Shown piece by piece: positions 12,324-25,790 of a stretch of DNA of 64,000 bases. A program made the position numbers and the translations under genes. Position 1 is the first letter of the stretch, and each line of letters starts with the position of its first letter. Origin of the DNA: Ylistrum balloti. Its lineage: Eukaryota. The notes beneath the pieces are model-generated. The model saw only the letters and a list, made by a program, of their open reading frames with translations, was not told the DNA's origin and did no database searches. The DNA lies in NCBI RefSeq assembly GCF_031769215.1, contig NW_026781862.1, forward strand, positions 620,001 through 684,000, written 5' to 3'.

Positions 12324-12728
12324 AGTCACTAATGGTTTCGTGATATCACTATTGTACACAAGAATGTGTATTAGTCACTAATGGCTTCGTGATGTCACTA
12401 TTGTACACAACAATGTGTATTAGTCACTAATGGTTTCGTGATGTCACTATTGTACACAACAATGTGTAATAGTCACTAATGGCTTCGTGATGTCACTATT
12501 GTACACAACAATGTGTATTAGTCACTAATGGTTTCGTGATGTCACTATTGTACACAACAATGTGTATTAGTCACTAATGGTTTCGTGATGTCACTATTGT
12601 ACACAACAATGTGTATTAGTCACTAATGGTTTCGTGATGTCACTATTGTACACAACAATGTGTAATAGTCACTAATGGTTTCGTGATGTCACTATTGTAC
12701 AGAACAACTGGTATTAGTCACTAATGGT
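12322..12728. repeat. Tandem array, 49 bp unit, about 8 copies
   Basis: TAGTCACTAATGGTTTCGTGATGTCACTATTGTACACAACAATGTGTAT recurs at 49-nt spacing (e.g. 12421, 12470). Confidence 0.97.
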
Positions 12729-13139
12729 AACTGATTCATCAACAACCATAGTGACATTGTCAATAAGCAATCAGGAATGAGAACAAAATTTTACAATTTC
12801 ACTTCTTCATTTTTAAAATGCAATTTATTCAGTTAAAAATTATTATTCCATTGACCAAAAATTTGAATGTCAGATGATGTTATACACACCCTACTGCTTC
12901 ACTGTTGTCTGCAAACATAAACAAGAAAGATGACAACCTTCATTGGCAGCACCAAAGACAGCAATGGACAATCTTCCACATGTAGAGTGATTTGAATAGG
13001 GATTAGTATGTGTCTGAAGAAGCAATAGAAATGGCCAATAACATAAATAAGGCATGACTATAACATTGAAGCCTACCCCATTTCTTGTGCCAGTGATGAA
13101 TGCCAATCCACTTTTGGTTTATCAGTCAATAAACCTTAA

Positions 13140-15130
13140 TATTATTAGTAATATCTTTCACTGTATTGTGATAATTTTCATTTGATTGATTTGTTAAAAC
13201 CTTAAAATGACTTCTTCTCGTTAACCGAATGGTGCAGAAGCGTGGTATGTGGTTGATAGGTGTCTTAGACGAAGCTCAACAAAGTTGGCTAAAAGAAATG
13301 ACCTTGACCATTATTCAAGGTGACTGGGGTCGAATTTGTTAAAACATCAAAACAACTCCTGATTAACCAAGAGGCCTTCAAACATGTTTCAAAGATGAAA
13401 CTCCACAAAGTTTGTTAAAATCATTCCTGATAAAACAAAATACCCAGAAGCTTGATATTTGGTTCCTAGGATGACACACATCACACTTTTTGAAATGACA
13501 TTGACATACACAGTAGTCAAATTTGTGAAAACATTCAAAGAAAAATACCCAGAAACATGATATTTGACTGAGAGGTTCCTAGGATGAAGCATGATGAAGT
13601 TTGCAAAAATAAATTACCTCCATTCATATTCAAGTTACAGTGGTCAGATTTGTTAAAAACAAGATCTTTTGATTGACCAAAAGGCCTTCTGGTGTTTGGC
13701 AGAGAATCCTGATTAATTGTTTGAACAGAAATGACCTTGACCCTTATTCAAGATCACAGGGGTGTTCAAACCTTTAGTCAACTTCTGGTTAACCAAAATA
13801 CCTAGAAGTTCATGATATTTGACTGATAGATTTAAAAAAGAAATGATGTTCAAGGCAACGTGAGTCAAATTTGTTAAAATCTTAGATGGTATGGCTTCTG
13901 ATTAACCAAGAGGCCCTGAAACATATTTGGTTGCTAGGTTCCGAAGATGAAGCTCAACAAAGTCTGAAAAGAAATTGCCTTCAGCCTTTCAAGCAACTTT
14001 TGATTAACCAAAATACACAGAAACATGATATTTGACTGATAGGTTTCTAGGATGAAGCACAACGTTGTTTGCAAAAAGAAATGGCCTTGACCAATAATCA
14101 AGGTCACATAGTTCAAATTTGTTTAAATCTGTACATGACTTATTCTGGCTAGCCAAGTTGTCTATTAGTGGGATATTTGGCTGATGTTCATGGAATAAAG
14201 GCACACAATTTCGAAAAGGAAAGGTCATAGGGAACAATGTTGTTGAAACCTTCAAATACTCTACGATGAATTGCCAAAAGTTCCAGAAGTATGATATTTG
14301 GCAGACATGTTCATGAGATGAAGCTTATATAGAGAATACATTGTCAGTGTATTATAATATAAGTTGTATTTTGGTGAGGGTGAAGAAAATCAAAAGACTG
14401 CCACTGCAATTTTTCCATTTAAATGACTTCTTCTTAATAACCAAAATGCTCAGGTTACTGATGTTGTGCATTGAATGAAGGTCTACCAAGTTCGTTCCAA
14501 GTGAATCACCTTGACTCACTTTCAAGGTCACATGGGTCAAATGTGGTAACATATTCAAAGGACTTTTTTTTTTATAATCATATGGCCGAGGGGGTCGACA
14601 TTGGTTGGGCATGTAACATGATGAAGGACTGGCAAGTTTGTTCAAGTGAATAACATTGACCCCCTTACAAGGGTATGGGTCAAAAGTGTTAACTAACAAC
14701 TTCTCGGTAACCAAAAGGCCAGAGGTTATCATATTGGGTCTGGAGCATGCTGGATAAAGGGCTATCAAGCTTGTTTAACCGGATGACCTTGACCAACTCT
14801 CCAGGTCACATAGGGTAAACTATTCATTTTTTTATTTTTTTTTTTTTTATTTTTTTCTCAATAACCGAAACTCTGAATGTTCTGATATTGGCATTGTTAC
14901 ATGCTGGGAGGAAATGATGAAACGAATGACCTTGATCAACTTTTAAGATCACAGGAGTAAAATGTGTTAAGAACTTTAAATTTCTGCTTTTCAATATATG
15001 TGAACGGAAGTGCATAAAGGTTACTATTTTATTAGTGATATCTTGTTTACTTTTCTCTTTGATTTTTGCAAGGTACATCGCTGGAAGTACCATAACTATT
15101 CATATGTAAGTCACTGTGATCTATATTTCG
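13140..15130. mobile_element. Cluster of decayed interspersed repeats with GACCTTGACC / GGTCAAGGTC cores (HINE/MITE-like)
   Basis: Recurrent GACCTTGACC, GGTCAC and AAATTTGTTAAAA motifs with internal degenerate periodicity. Boundaries approximate. Confidence 0.55.
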
Positions 15131-16156
15131 ACAGTTGGGATATTGGGTAAAACTACTGTTTCTAACGCATTTCTCTTTTCTCACATAGGATCTGCAAATA
15201 TAGTGCGCTTATGTATTTGATAAAAGGTTATTCACAATCCATATTATGACTGCTTCATTTATGTGTGGGTGATTCTCAAGAAAGAAGATTATGACACCCA
15301 TTTCTAACTTAACAAAAGAAATTCTGTAGTGACTTGGTCAGTAGAACATCGCATTGTAACCTCGGTCCTATGTTATGGTTGTCTTCTTGGGCAATATACC
15401 TTTATATTACGGACCTCCCGCATGTTGTTCAGTGGTGTAGCCACCAAACACTACAAGAAGGCCTTCTTCAAAATTACTATCACTGTTCTCTTGGGGCGAT
15501 ACCCTTCCCCCTCTCAAAAAATCAACGGCATGACAATGTGTCATGTGTTATTTTTGGTATGATGTAGAAGTAGGGGTGCTTCAATTGAGTCAATTTCTTT
15601 GCAAGTAGAACTAGGTTGTTAAATATTATCAGTGTATAACATATCTCTCTAGAAGTGCGAAATTGTATCTAAGAATTGCCAACCTCCGGACAGCTTTAAA
15701 TACGCTGTAAATTGGTGGACCAAATATTTCAGAGCCTAGCGATGGTCATTTGATAAAACGCGCCGTGGCTATTTCACAACCAGCGACACTAGCAAGCATT
15801 ATCATACATTTGAATATGCTTATGCGAGTCACGTGAGGGACATTTTAAAATTACGTATGTTAGAACACGTCGCACCTGCTGTATGTGGATGGACGTTCAG
15901 GTTGTATGTATTTATTTTTCTTTTATTTTGATTTACAAATATGTACGCCGGTTGAGAAACTGAAGACTTACTACATCTATCTCTGGTAATGATACAACAA
16001 GTTTCGCTTTGATTACGTGATGATTTAATCCTAGATAACCCTATACCTGCACTTAAGATGTTGAAACTATTATCATGTTATAATATTGTCGTTGTCTGAG
16101 ACGAAACAGTCACTGAAATGTCTAACCGGACTGAAGTATGAGACTATATGTAACCA

Positions 16157-16414
16157 CAGGGGCTAACTCAATGAAAATGTCTATTTATCAAATAATTTCG
16201 TTTCCAGAAGTTGAGCTGGCCACCATACTAACATAACGCACGCCGAGTTACATATCAATTCATATAGATTATATATCAATTCCTCGATTTTTCATTACTT
16301 TTTTCGAATTAATATTTTCCTGAAAAAAAATATCGTGTGCGAATATAGTGGCCAGTTAAATTTCTGAAAACGAAATTATTTGAATACTAGACATTTTAAT
16401 GAGTTAGCCCCCTG
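16157..16414. mobile_element. 258-bp MITE with about 70-bp imperfect terminal inverted repeats
   Basis: Left end CAGGGGCTAACTCAATGAAAATGTCTATTTATCAAATAATTTCGTTTCCAGAA. Reverse complement of right end CAGGGGGCTAACTCATTAAAATGTCTAGTATTCAAATAATTTCGTTTTCAGAA. No clear TSD. Confidence 0.85.
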
Positions 16415-18881
16415 TTTAAGTAATCCAAACATACTCAATTTGGAAAAAACGAAAATACCTTATGCTTTAGGGAAACGAAACTCAATCATTTAGCATGAAT
16501 TCATGTATTACATGCCTGAATTGAGGAACCTTAGAGCTTATCTCGAAACTCTCCAAAGATTGAAGGTCACAGAGTACATCATACTCATTAACCTTGGACA
16601 GTAGCACGTGAGCGCGTGAGCGCGTGATCGTGAAAGCAGTGTAGGAAAAGAGGACACGAAGTCTCTGATTAGAACATGTGGACCCAGCAACAAGTTACAT
16701 GTATTTGGATCCCGATTGATAACATTTTAGAGACACCCTATCTCAACTACAAAAAACTGACAGAAGCCGAAATTTCCATCGATGAAGACAATCTATCTAT
16801 CGATCGATCGATCCGGCACTCTCCAGTACATACCGCTTTACCAAGAAAAGTAAAAAATCTTCGTCGGAAAATAAGAAAAAGTTCTATATGAATTCGTATA
16901 ATTTCGACAGGAATGAAACAAGAAAGAGAGAGTTCTTTAACGATTGAATCTTGCTTGAATTATGTCAATGCTTGTCGAAACAGAATATAAGAAATTACAT
17001 AATTAATAGTAATTATATATCGTTTTTCGGCAGTTAAAACCAGACTGAAAATTCTTTGTCAAACAGATCTCAAACCGTAAGTAAGTTTGTAGCGGGAGGT
17101 AATGAGAACAGCTTCTGATTCCTTCTATTGACTTCATTACAAGTCGAACAACATATGATGTACATATCGTCGTATTATTTAACCACACGGCATTCTATAC
17201 GGTTTTCCGTGATAAATTATCATGTGTGCACAATTCTTCCAGATGGAAACAGTATGCTTCGCAAACTGTTTTGCTGTAATTCATTGAAAGGATTGACCCA
17301 ACAAACCTGAATTCAGACTCGCCATAGATCATTTATGTGTGTGAAGTTTGATGAGAATCCCTCAAAGAATGACGGTGTTAGAACGCTGACAAAAAGTTTG
17401 GAAAATAGTAACAATAACTTTGACCTAAAAAACATGAGACTCGAACTTTTGATGAAAATTCCTTAAGGAATGAAGCTCACCCTTGTGTTGACAAGTGACT
17501 TTTATAGACGCCGGTTTATCAACTTACCAGAGTTCAAGTTCAGCTGTAGTTATATACCCCCAATAATCTCAACTCATCCTTAAATATATATATACTTATC
17601 TATACAATACAAATGTACTTTGTATGTATCGATAATAAAGACTTGTTACCTACATCTCTCTCCCTCCCCTCCTCCCTCCCTCTCTTTCTCTCTCACGTGT
17701 TGTATATATTCAAGTTCTACTGGGAAAAGGTTTGATATAAGTTGTAAATCTTGTTTCAAATATCAACGTACATATCTATTAGGCTACATATTTTTATGTT
17801 CATAAAGCTACCAAGGTTTCATGAAGCTATCAAATTTCTCGCGTTTTGTTGCTCCGCGGTCTCTCTACACTCGTTACATCTCGGCAGATTGCGTACGTAG
17901 TTACATGGAGTATCGGAATCAGCCGAGATTTGCCGAATAGTCTTTACTTTCACTTTGCATTTGATCACGAGATGTTTTGACCACGTAGAGGTAGGTCCCA
18001 CATGTGTAATAGTAACGACACATTAAGGTTCGTAACAAAGTTTATTGTTGGAAAATACCTCCTTGGTTTCAATTGCGGATACGAGGCCAAACTGTTGTAA
18101 CTTGTAGTGTTTTATATATCTATGATGATTTGGAGGTCAGCCATTTTTTTACAGGAACTGCAAATACATATTGGCATATATGGTTTTGTTTCCCTGATAT
18201 AAATCGATAAAATGACACGGGGTTATGAAGTAAAATGATACGACAATTAACATTGATTTTACTAACACTTCGCTTTGTAAGTTTTACTTGTAAGAGTAAA
18301 TTTGTTGACAATTTTACTATGTGAAGATTTTCTTTAGAGTTATCCCCCTTTAAGTAACGTGAAGTAAACGTTTTCTATTTCTGTTAAATCATTTGACTAC
18401 TAATAAAAAAATGATTTTAAGTGATAGCCATTCATTCCTAGTTATTATTTTATCTATGAGAAAGGCAGTTACTCTGTAAATATAATTACATTCAAGTGTA
18501 ATTGTTGATTTTGAATAAATGGTTTAATTATGCAAATGTCCTGACTCTTGTGATTCACAAGACTGTCAGGTACATAAAATCGGGCTAACATCTGTACTCT
18601 GAACGTTGCCAGAGAATCGACACACATCGATTAGAAAATGTCCGGTGACGGGCAGAGTCACGGAGATGAGACAAATTCATCATCATCTATACTCTGTGAT
18701 CTTAAATTAATTTTAGATAATCTCAGCCTATCATAACACTTTCTATTTCAACGTAACTTATCGTACCTTTCATAATCCTTCTGATTCAGCATATTATCAC
18801 AAATCATAACAAGCAGAAAAAGTTGGTATAGCAAATAGGTGTATTTGGAAGAATAGAGTTGGAATCACAGAAAGCAAACGA

Positions 18882-19022
18882 CATTTGTTATGTGATGAAT
18901 TAAACTTAGTGTGATTCGAAAGGCTTTCAAAACGGGACAACAAAAAACAAATTCACCTGCACAAAACTAACCATTTGTTATGTGATGAATTAAACTTAGT
19001 GTGATTCGAAAGGCTTTCAAAA
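18882..19022. repeat. 51-bp direct repeat, two copies 90 bp apart, upstream of TANGO2
   Basis: CATTTGTTATGTGATGAATTAAACTTAGTGTGATTCGAAAGGCTTTCAAAA at 18882 and 18972. Confidence 0.92.
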
Positions 19023-19620
19023 TGGTGGCCCATGTGAGGATTGTCCACTCTTAAGATCCCCCTGTATTGACTTGTCTTAAAAAGAGTAGGCGTGATAACG
19101 TCGGTGCCGGGTCTAGAGATAGTGTCAGACTATATAGTTTTTTCTTCAAAATTACCCTAGCACCAATCAAAAACTAGATAGAATTTATAAATCTATAATT
19201 CCCATTATTTTCTGTAGTGACAAAAGATAAATGATTTCAAAATTTTACCATTTTGAAATTTTGTTTCTTTTGATTTGGAGTCCGGGAGATGTAATCATTT
19301 ACACAATAATAACATAATCTATTGTCAGTTTTAACCGTTGAAAACAATTGTTTTTTATCTGAAATGTGACATTTGATTATAATAGTTTTGTACACAGGCA
19401 GTTCAACTATTGTTATCAATTGAATTACAAATACTTTAATGGAATCATATATATGAATTTGACAGTTTTGTGGACTTTGTGATGAAAACTGTTACCAGCA
19501 TTTTGTCTTACTGACAAGTGTACTATTATTACAGAAGATGTCACTGCTGATGATGATCCACAGACAATACCTTTGACCTCTGACCTTTTTGACCCTTGCT
19601 TTCACATTAAACTGTCAACC

Positions 19621-22600
19621 ATGTGCCTCCTCTTTGTGTATGTGTGTGACACAGCTGCTGATGATGACTATCGTCTAATTATTGCTGATAATCGAGATGA
19701 GTTTTGGGACAGACCAACAAATCTGGCAGAATTCTGGGGGCCCCAAGGCGAAATAATCAGTGGTAAGTGACAAATATTTATAATATTTAAGTGATGTTAA
19801 TATTTTTGTCTGGAGTTTAGCCATCCGAGATTCAAGTTCTTGTTTCCTGGTTTGGTGATTTCTTCCTTCTCTCTATTGGTCATTACACCTGTACTAGTGA
19901 TCTGAATTTAACTTCATGTGGTTAAAATTTTCCTCAGATATTATTCAAATAATCAAAATTAGATACTAAGCTACAGATTCCAAATCAGTATCATTTTTAC
20001 CAGAAAGAAACACAAACATAACATACTTAAGATTTATCTGAGTGTAAATTTTTTGTTCATAAAATGATAGAAAAATGAGAGTAATTAAAATAAGAGTTCC
20101 TTTCTGACAATATGAGATTTTAGATGAGTCTTTGCTGTGACAAAAAGGTAGTCCATTCTTTACGACGAGTGTATCAAAATGTTCAGTCTGTATCTGATAG
20201 TTCTACAAATGTTCAACTCGTGTCTTAATTAGGAAATATACTTAGTTGTGCTCTTATATATTTAGAAATAATAAATCCTTTCCCACACTTATCTGTAAGT
20301 AATTCCTAAATTTATATATATGGCAATAAAATCGCACAGTTGTGCAATAGAACTGCACAAATCTGCAGTAACTTATTTCATCCGATTTTTTTTTCGTGCA
20401 TACATTACACATTGTGTGATTCCACCACTGTATATATGTATATGTATCAAGTTAATGCACTTTCATATTCTAGAGCCTATTTTTAGAACATATCTTACCA
20501 ATTAATTCTAATTATTTGCAGGTGTTGATATGGAACCAGGAAGGGAAGGGGGCACTTGGATGGCCGTATCAAAAGTTGGGAAAGTAGGAGTACTTCTCAA
20601 CATCTTGGGTAACCTGGATAAAACCAAATCTGGTAGAGGTAAATACTTATTTTAAGCTACACTAATTGTAGAATTCAATGACATCAGATGATGTCATGTG
20701 GACAAACCTGTGTTATTGTTATATTTACTCGTGTTATTGTAATATTTGCCAGTGTTATTGTTATATTTACATGTGTTATTGTTATAATTACATGTGTTAT
20801 TGTTATATTTACATGTGTTATTGTTATATTTACATGTGTTATTGTTATATTTACATGTGTTATTGTAATATTTGCCTGTGTTATTGTTATATTTACATGT
20901 GTTATTGTAATATTTGCATGTGTTATTGTTATATTTACATGTGTAATTGTTATATTTACATGTGTTATTGTTATATTTACATGTGTTATTGTTATATTTA
21001 CTCATGTTATTGTTATATTTGCATGTGTTATTGTTATATTTGCCTGTGTTATTGTAATATTTACCTGTGTTATTGTTATATTTACCTGTGTTATTGTTAT
21101 ATTTATCTGTGTTATTGTTATATTTACCTGTGTTATTGTTATATTTGCCTGTGTTATTGTTATATTTACATGTGTTATTGTTAAATTTACTCATGTTATT
21201 GTAATATTTGCCTGTGTTATTGTTATATTTACCTGTGATATTTACCTGTGTAATTGTTATATTTTCCTGTGTTATTGTTATATTTACATGTGTTATTGTT
21301 ATATTTACCTGTGTTATTGTTATATTTGCCTGTGTTATTGTTATATTTACATGTGTTATTGTAATATTTGCTTGTGTTATTATTATATTTACATGTGTTA
21401 TTGTAATATTTGCCTGTGTTATTGTTATATTTACCTGTGTTATTGTTATATTTACTTGTGTTATTGTAATGTTTACATGTGTTATTGTTATATTTACCTG
21501 TGTTATTGTTATATTTACATGTGTTATTGTTATATTTACATGTCTTATTGCTATATTTATCTGTGTTATTGTAATATTTACCTGTGTTATTGTGATATTT
21601 ACCTGTGTTATTGCTAAATTTGCCTGTGTTATTGCTAAATTTGCCTGTGCTATATTTACCTGTGTTATTGTTATATTTACCTGTGTTATTGTTATATTTA
21701 CCTGTGTTATTGTTATATTTACCGGTGTTATTGTTATATTTACCTGTTATTGTTATATTTACCTGTGTTATTGTTAAATTTACTTGTGTTATTGCTAAAT
21801 TTGCCTGTGCTATATTTACCTGTGTTATTGCTATATTTACCTCTGTTATTGTTATACTTACCTGTGTTATTACTTTATCTGCCTGTGTTATTGTTATATT
21901 TACCTGTGTTATTGCTAAATTTGCCTGTGTTATATTTACCTGTGTTATTGTTATATTTACCTGTGTTATTGTTATATTTACCTGTGTTATTGTTATATTT
22001 ACCTGTGTTATTGTTAAATTTACCTGTGTTATTGCTTAATTTGCTTGTGCAATATTTACCTGTGTTATTGCTATATTTACCTCTGTTATTGTTATACTTA
22101 CCTGTGTTATTGCTATATCTGCCTATGATATTGGTATATTTATCTGTTTTATTGTTATATTTATTTGTGTTATGGTGACATTCACTTCCAGGTTCACTGA
22201 TCATTGATTACTTGAAAGGAGACCTAACTGATGACCAGTATATAACACAGAAGATCATGCCAATCCACCAGGAGTTCAACCAATTCAACTTAATTCTTGC
22301 AGACATCAGGTAAGTACACAAGTAATGTGTTATGATCTACCTGAATTGTAAAAGAATGAATATCATGCTCTCTATTTGTGATATAACCCTTCCTTAACTG
22401 TTCTGGACAAAAAATCAGGTTCTAAATAGTCTCTTAAATTTAAAAAAAGATAAGCTTGAAAGATTTATGTCATTAACAGTATTTTTAATACTTCTGATTC
22501 TGATTTCAGACCAAATACAACACGTCTTAGCTACTACAACAACAAAACAAACACATTAAGGAATCTTCCCAATGGTAAGCAGACCTAGATGTCACATTTC

Positions 22601-25085
22601 TATTGTTGACACCAGACATAAAATGGTTTCTTTCCTAATGGTAAGCAAATGCTTCACAATACTATTGTAAAACAACCGATATAACAGATTCGGTTACCAA
22701 TGGTGAGCTAACCATTTACAATTCCATTGTAAACACCTGACATAACAGATTCTCTTCCCAATGGTAAGCCAACCATTTACAATTCCATTGTAAACACCCG
22801 ACATAACAGATTCTTTTCCCAATGGTAAGCCAACCATTCACAATTTCATTGTAAACACCTGACATAACAGATTATTTTCCCAATGGTAAGCCAACCATTC
22901 ACAATTCCACTGTATACATCTCAGATGCCACTGGTTCCCTTTGTAATGGTTATTTCAATTGCTTATGTCTGACACATCATATTGTCTTTCCATTTGAAAT
23001 CAATTTCCATCATTAACCTTGAAAGACATAAAACTTGCTGTCTTATTAAAAAAGTTGTCCCCCATGGAATATTTTCTGCAGGTTGGTAACATATGTATTA
23101 GAGGTTCTTATATCACAACCAGTTAGAAAGGAATGTGTGACATGTCTACACTATCACTTTCTTTAGACAAATGAAAGTGTGAAGCACTCCTGTTTATTTA
23201 GTACAGGCCCAGTACTTAACAGTCTTTCATGCTGTATTTGGTGTGAAAATGCTTCACACTGGTGATAATGTCTGATGACAGTGACAGTGTAGTCATGAAA
23301 TTGTCACACATAATTTTACTTATTGGTTGTGATGAAAGAACTACAATATTTTCATTCTCTGTAAAAAAATTTCCGGACTTTTTTTCTTTGACGGCTATAC
23401 AACTGCATTTACACACAATGTTGGTAATTATACATGTACATCTCTAATATGGAGTAATTCAATAAGTTAATGATTTAATTGGAATGTCACAATCTGAGCT
23501 CTACATGTAATACATTTGAAATATATAAAATATATGTAAATATCTTGAAAACTGCTATTCAGGTAAGACAGATTTTCGAGCCCCAACAGATTGATGAAAT
23601 GCTTCTTTTGACAAAATTGATCATTGCCAGGAGTGTATAGCTGTGATAATTCAACCATGGATGAGCCATGGCAAAAGTCTGTCCATGGCCAGGCCGCCTT
23701 CACCAAGGTCGTCAAAAACCACGGCAGGAAAACAGACAAGGACACGTTGGTCAAGTCTCTCCTGGACATCCTGTGTGACTCAACTAGGTCAGTTGCTTTG
23801 TGTCACTCGGTTGTATGCAATGAGTTGAATGAAATGGTGCCATTGATGGCTTGGCTTTCTTGAAGTGATTATGAAGCATACAAAATGAGATATGACAAAG
23901 CTGATCATGTGGTATTTCTGTTGTTGACAGGTTTCCAGATGATAAACAATTACTGAAACAAGCTATTATAAGTTATACTCCAGATGATATCCGCCTGGAG
24001 AGGAGTGCAGCATTTGTTTGGTCCCCATCCATCAGATATGGCACAAGGTGTGTGACCTTACAATAACACCATGGACAACCTGTAATTGAGAAAGTCATGG
24101 TACATGTAGGATTCTGGGATATGTACATACAAAGGATGATAAATGTAGGATTCTGGGATATGTACATATAAAGGATGATAAATGTAGGATTCTGGGATAT
24201 GTACATATACAGGATGATAAATGTAGGATTCTGGGATATGTACATATAAAGGATGATAAATATAGGATTCTGGGATATGTACATATACAGGATGATAAAT
24301 GTAGGATTCTGGGATATGTACATATAAAGGATGATAAATGTAGGATTCTGGGATATGTACATATAAAGGATGATAAATGTAGGATTCTGGGATATGCACA
24401 TATAAAGGATGATAAATGTAGGATTCTGGGATATGTACATATAAAAGATGATAAATGTAGGATTCTGGGATATGTACATATAAAGGATGATAAATATAGG
24501 ATTCTGGGATATGTACATATAAAAGATGATAAATGTTGGATTCTGGTTATTAAACCTTAAACATCACATTCACATAAAGGACCATATTATCACAAACAAG
24601 TTTGAGTTTCAAGGTTTTAGGGTCAAGGTTAAAGTCACTACTATTACTACTTTTAGTTCTACTGTCAACATTCTAGAACATGTAGCTTAATTTCTTGAGG
24701 GATTTTGGTCATACACCTGGCCATTTTCTTCACTGCTGCACTTGATGGAACCATAACAGGATTTATATCATTTTGTGATGCTTTCTCTAAGCTACTAAAT
24801 GCCTAAATCTGAGCTATAAGTAGACAAGTATCCTTTCATATACTTATATTTTCTGATGTAGTTTTCAGACCTGCTGCACACAATTGAACCAAATTATTTC
24901 TTATAAAGGAATCAGCATTGTGATTTTACCGTTTCTGTTTCAGAACCAACACAATATTACTTGTAGACAAATTTGGAGAATGTGAGTACATCGAGCGGAC
25001 ATTTAAAATCCCTGTGGACCCAGAAAACCCTGACTGCCAAACAAAGTCCTACAAGTTTCAAGTGATGCCTCAGAACAAACTGTGA
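19621..25085 (+). CDS. TANGO2: Transport and Golgi organization protein 2 homolog (NRDE family), join(19621..19762,20522..20638,22192..22309,22510..22574,23631..23787,23931..24047,24944..25085), 285 aa
   Basis: MCLLF start, NRDEFWDRP, GVDMEPGREGGTW, GRGSLI, FNLILAD, PW, YGTRTNTILLVD and EYIERT follow the TANGO2 motif order. All introns GT-AG, phases consistent, total 858 nt. Confidence 0.96.
20706..22170. repeat. Tandem array, 21 bp unit (TGTGTTATTGTTATATTTACC/A), about 70 copies, fills most of TANGO2 coding intron 2
   Basis: Read directly. Explains the spurious repetitive ORFs at 20678-22204. Confidence 0.97.
22560..22955 (+). repeat. Tandem array, about 61 bp unit, each copy carrying the TANGO2 exon-4 end and 5' splice site (CCCAATG|GTAAGC)
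   Basis: Donor-like GT at 22575 (used in the model), 22641, 22703, 22764, 22825, 22886, and a degenerate one at 22949. Confidence 0.9.
24103..24545. repeat. Tandem array, 39 bp unit (GTACATATAAAGGATGATAAATGTAGGATTCTGGGATAT), about 11 copies, TANGO2 last intron
   Basis: Read directly. Confidence 0.97.
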
Positions 25086-25254
25086 TATTGTCCTGTTTAT
25101 TTATTTTTTTACTTCATTAAGTCACCAAAATCGTATGAAATGTGATATTAAATTCATTCAGGAGACTCCAATTGTTAATATTTATCCAAGGTTTTTTCCG
25201 AATAACATATCATAGCTCTTTTGCTTAGTGTATTTAGCAACTTAAAATAAATAT

Positions 25255-25790
25255 ACTTATGTTTTAAACATTCTTATGAACAATTTAGGAGTTATTGCCC
25301 TTTGTTATTTTTCATACTTAAATTGTCCGGAGGATTACAGTGAAACTATCAGAGGAATCAACATTAAACTTCATAGGTAGATAGATATAAACAAGAAGTG
25401 CAGAGCACCAGAATCCTTACTTTCTTTTGAATAAGTTAAGAGTTATTGCCCTTTGTTATTTTTTAATATTTAAATTTTGTCCAAAGCATTACACTGAAAC
25501 TTTAAGAGGTAGAAACATGAAACTTCATCAACAATCTCAACAGATCTCAACAAGGTGAAAGGCAATGCACAATAACCATCACTCTTTCTTGCACAATTTT
25601 GAAGTTATGGCCCTTTGTTGTTTTTCATTACTTAAAATTTGTCTGGAGCATTACCACTAAAACTATGAGAGATATCAATACAAAACAAAAGGTTGAAAAT
25701 CTCAATGAGAAGGAGGGCAGTGCACTAGAATTATGATTATTTCATTACCCTTTAATTTTCACACTTCAATTTTGTCCCAATTCAGGAAAA
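25255..25790. mobile_element. Decayed interspersed repeat with internal GAGTTATTGCCCTTTG repeats
   Basis: Three degenerate copies of GAGTTAT(T/G)GCCCTTTG...AAATT(T)TGTCC at about 160-180 bp spacing, as seen in HINE-like elements with internal satellites. Confidence 0.5.

Noticed and set aside
14352-14768. 138-aa ORF and neighbouring 60-89 aa ORFs
   Set aside because: They lie within decayed GACCTTGACC-type repeats and show no protein motifs.
16676-16891. 71-aa ORF near a CpG/GTGAGCGC-rich patch
   Set aside because: No recognisable domain and no partner exons found; cannot support a call.
20678-22204. Several long Cys/Tyr-, Val/Ile- and Asn-rich ORFs on both strands
   Set aside because: Artefacts of a 21-bp stop-poor repeat inside a TANGO2 intron.
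23973-24518. 181-aa minus-strand repetitive ORF
   Set aside because: Translation of the 39-bp intronic array.
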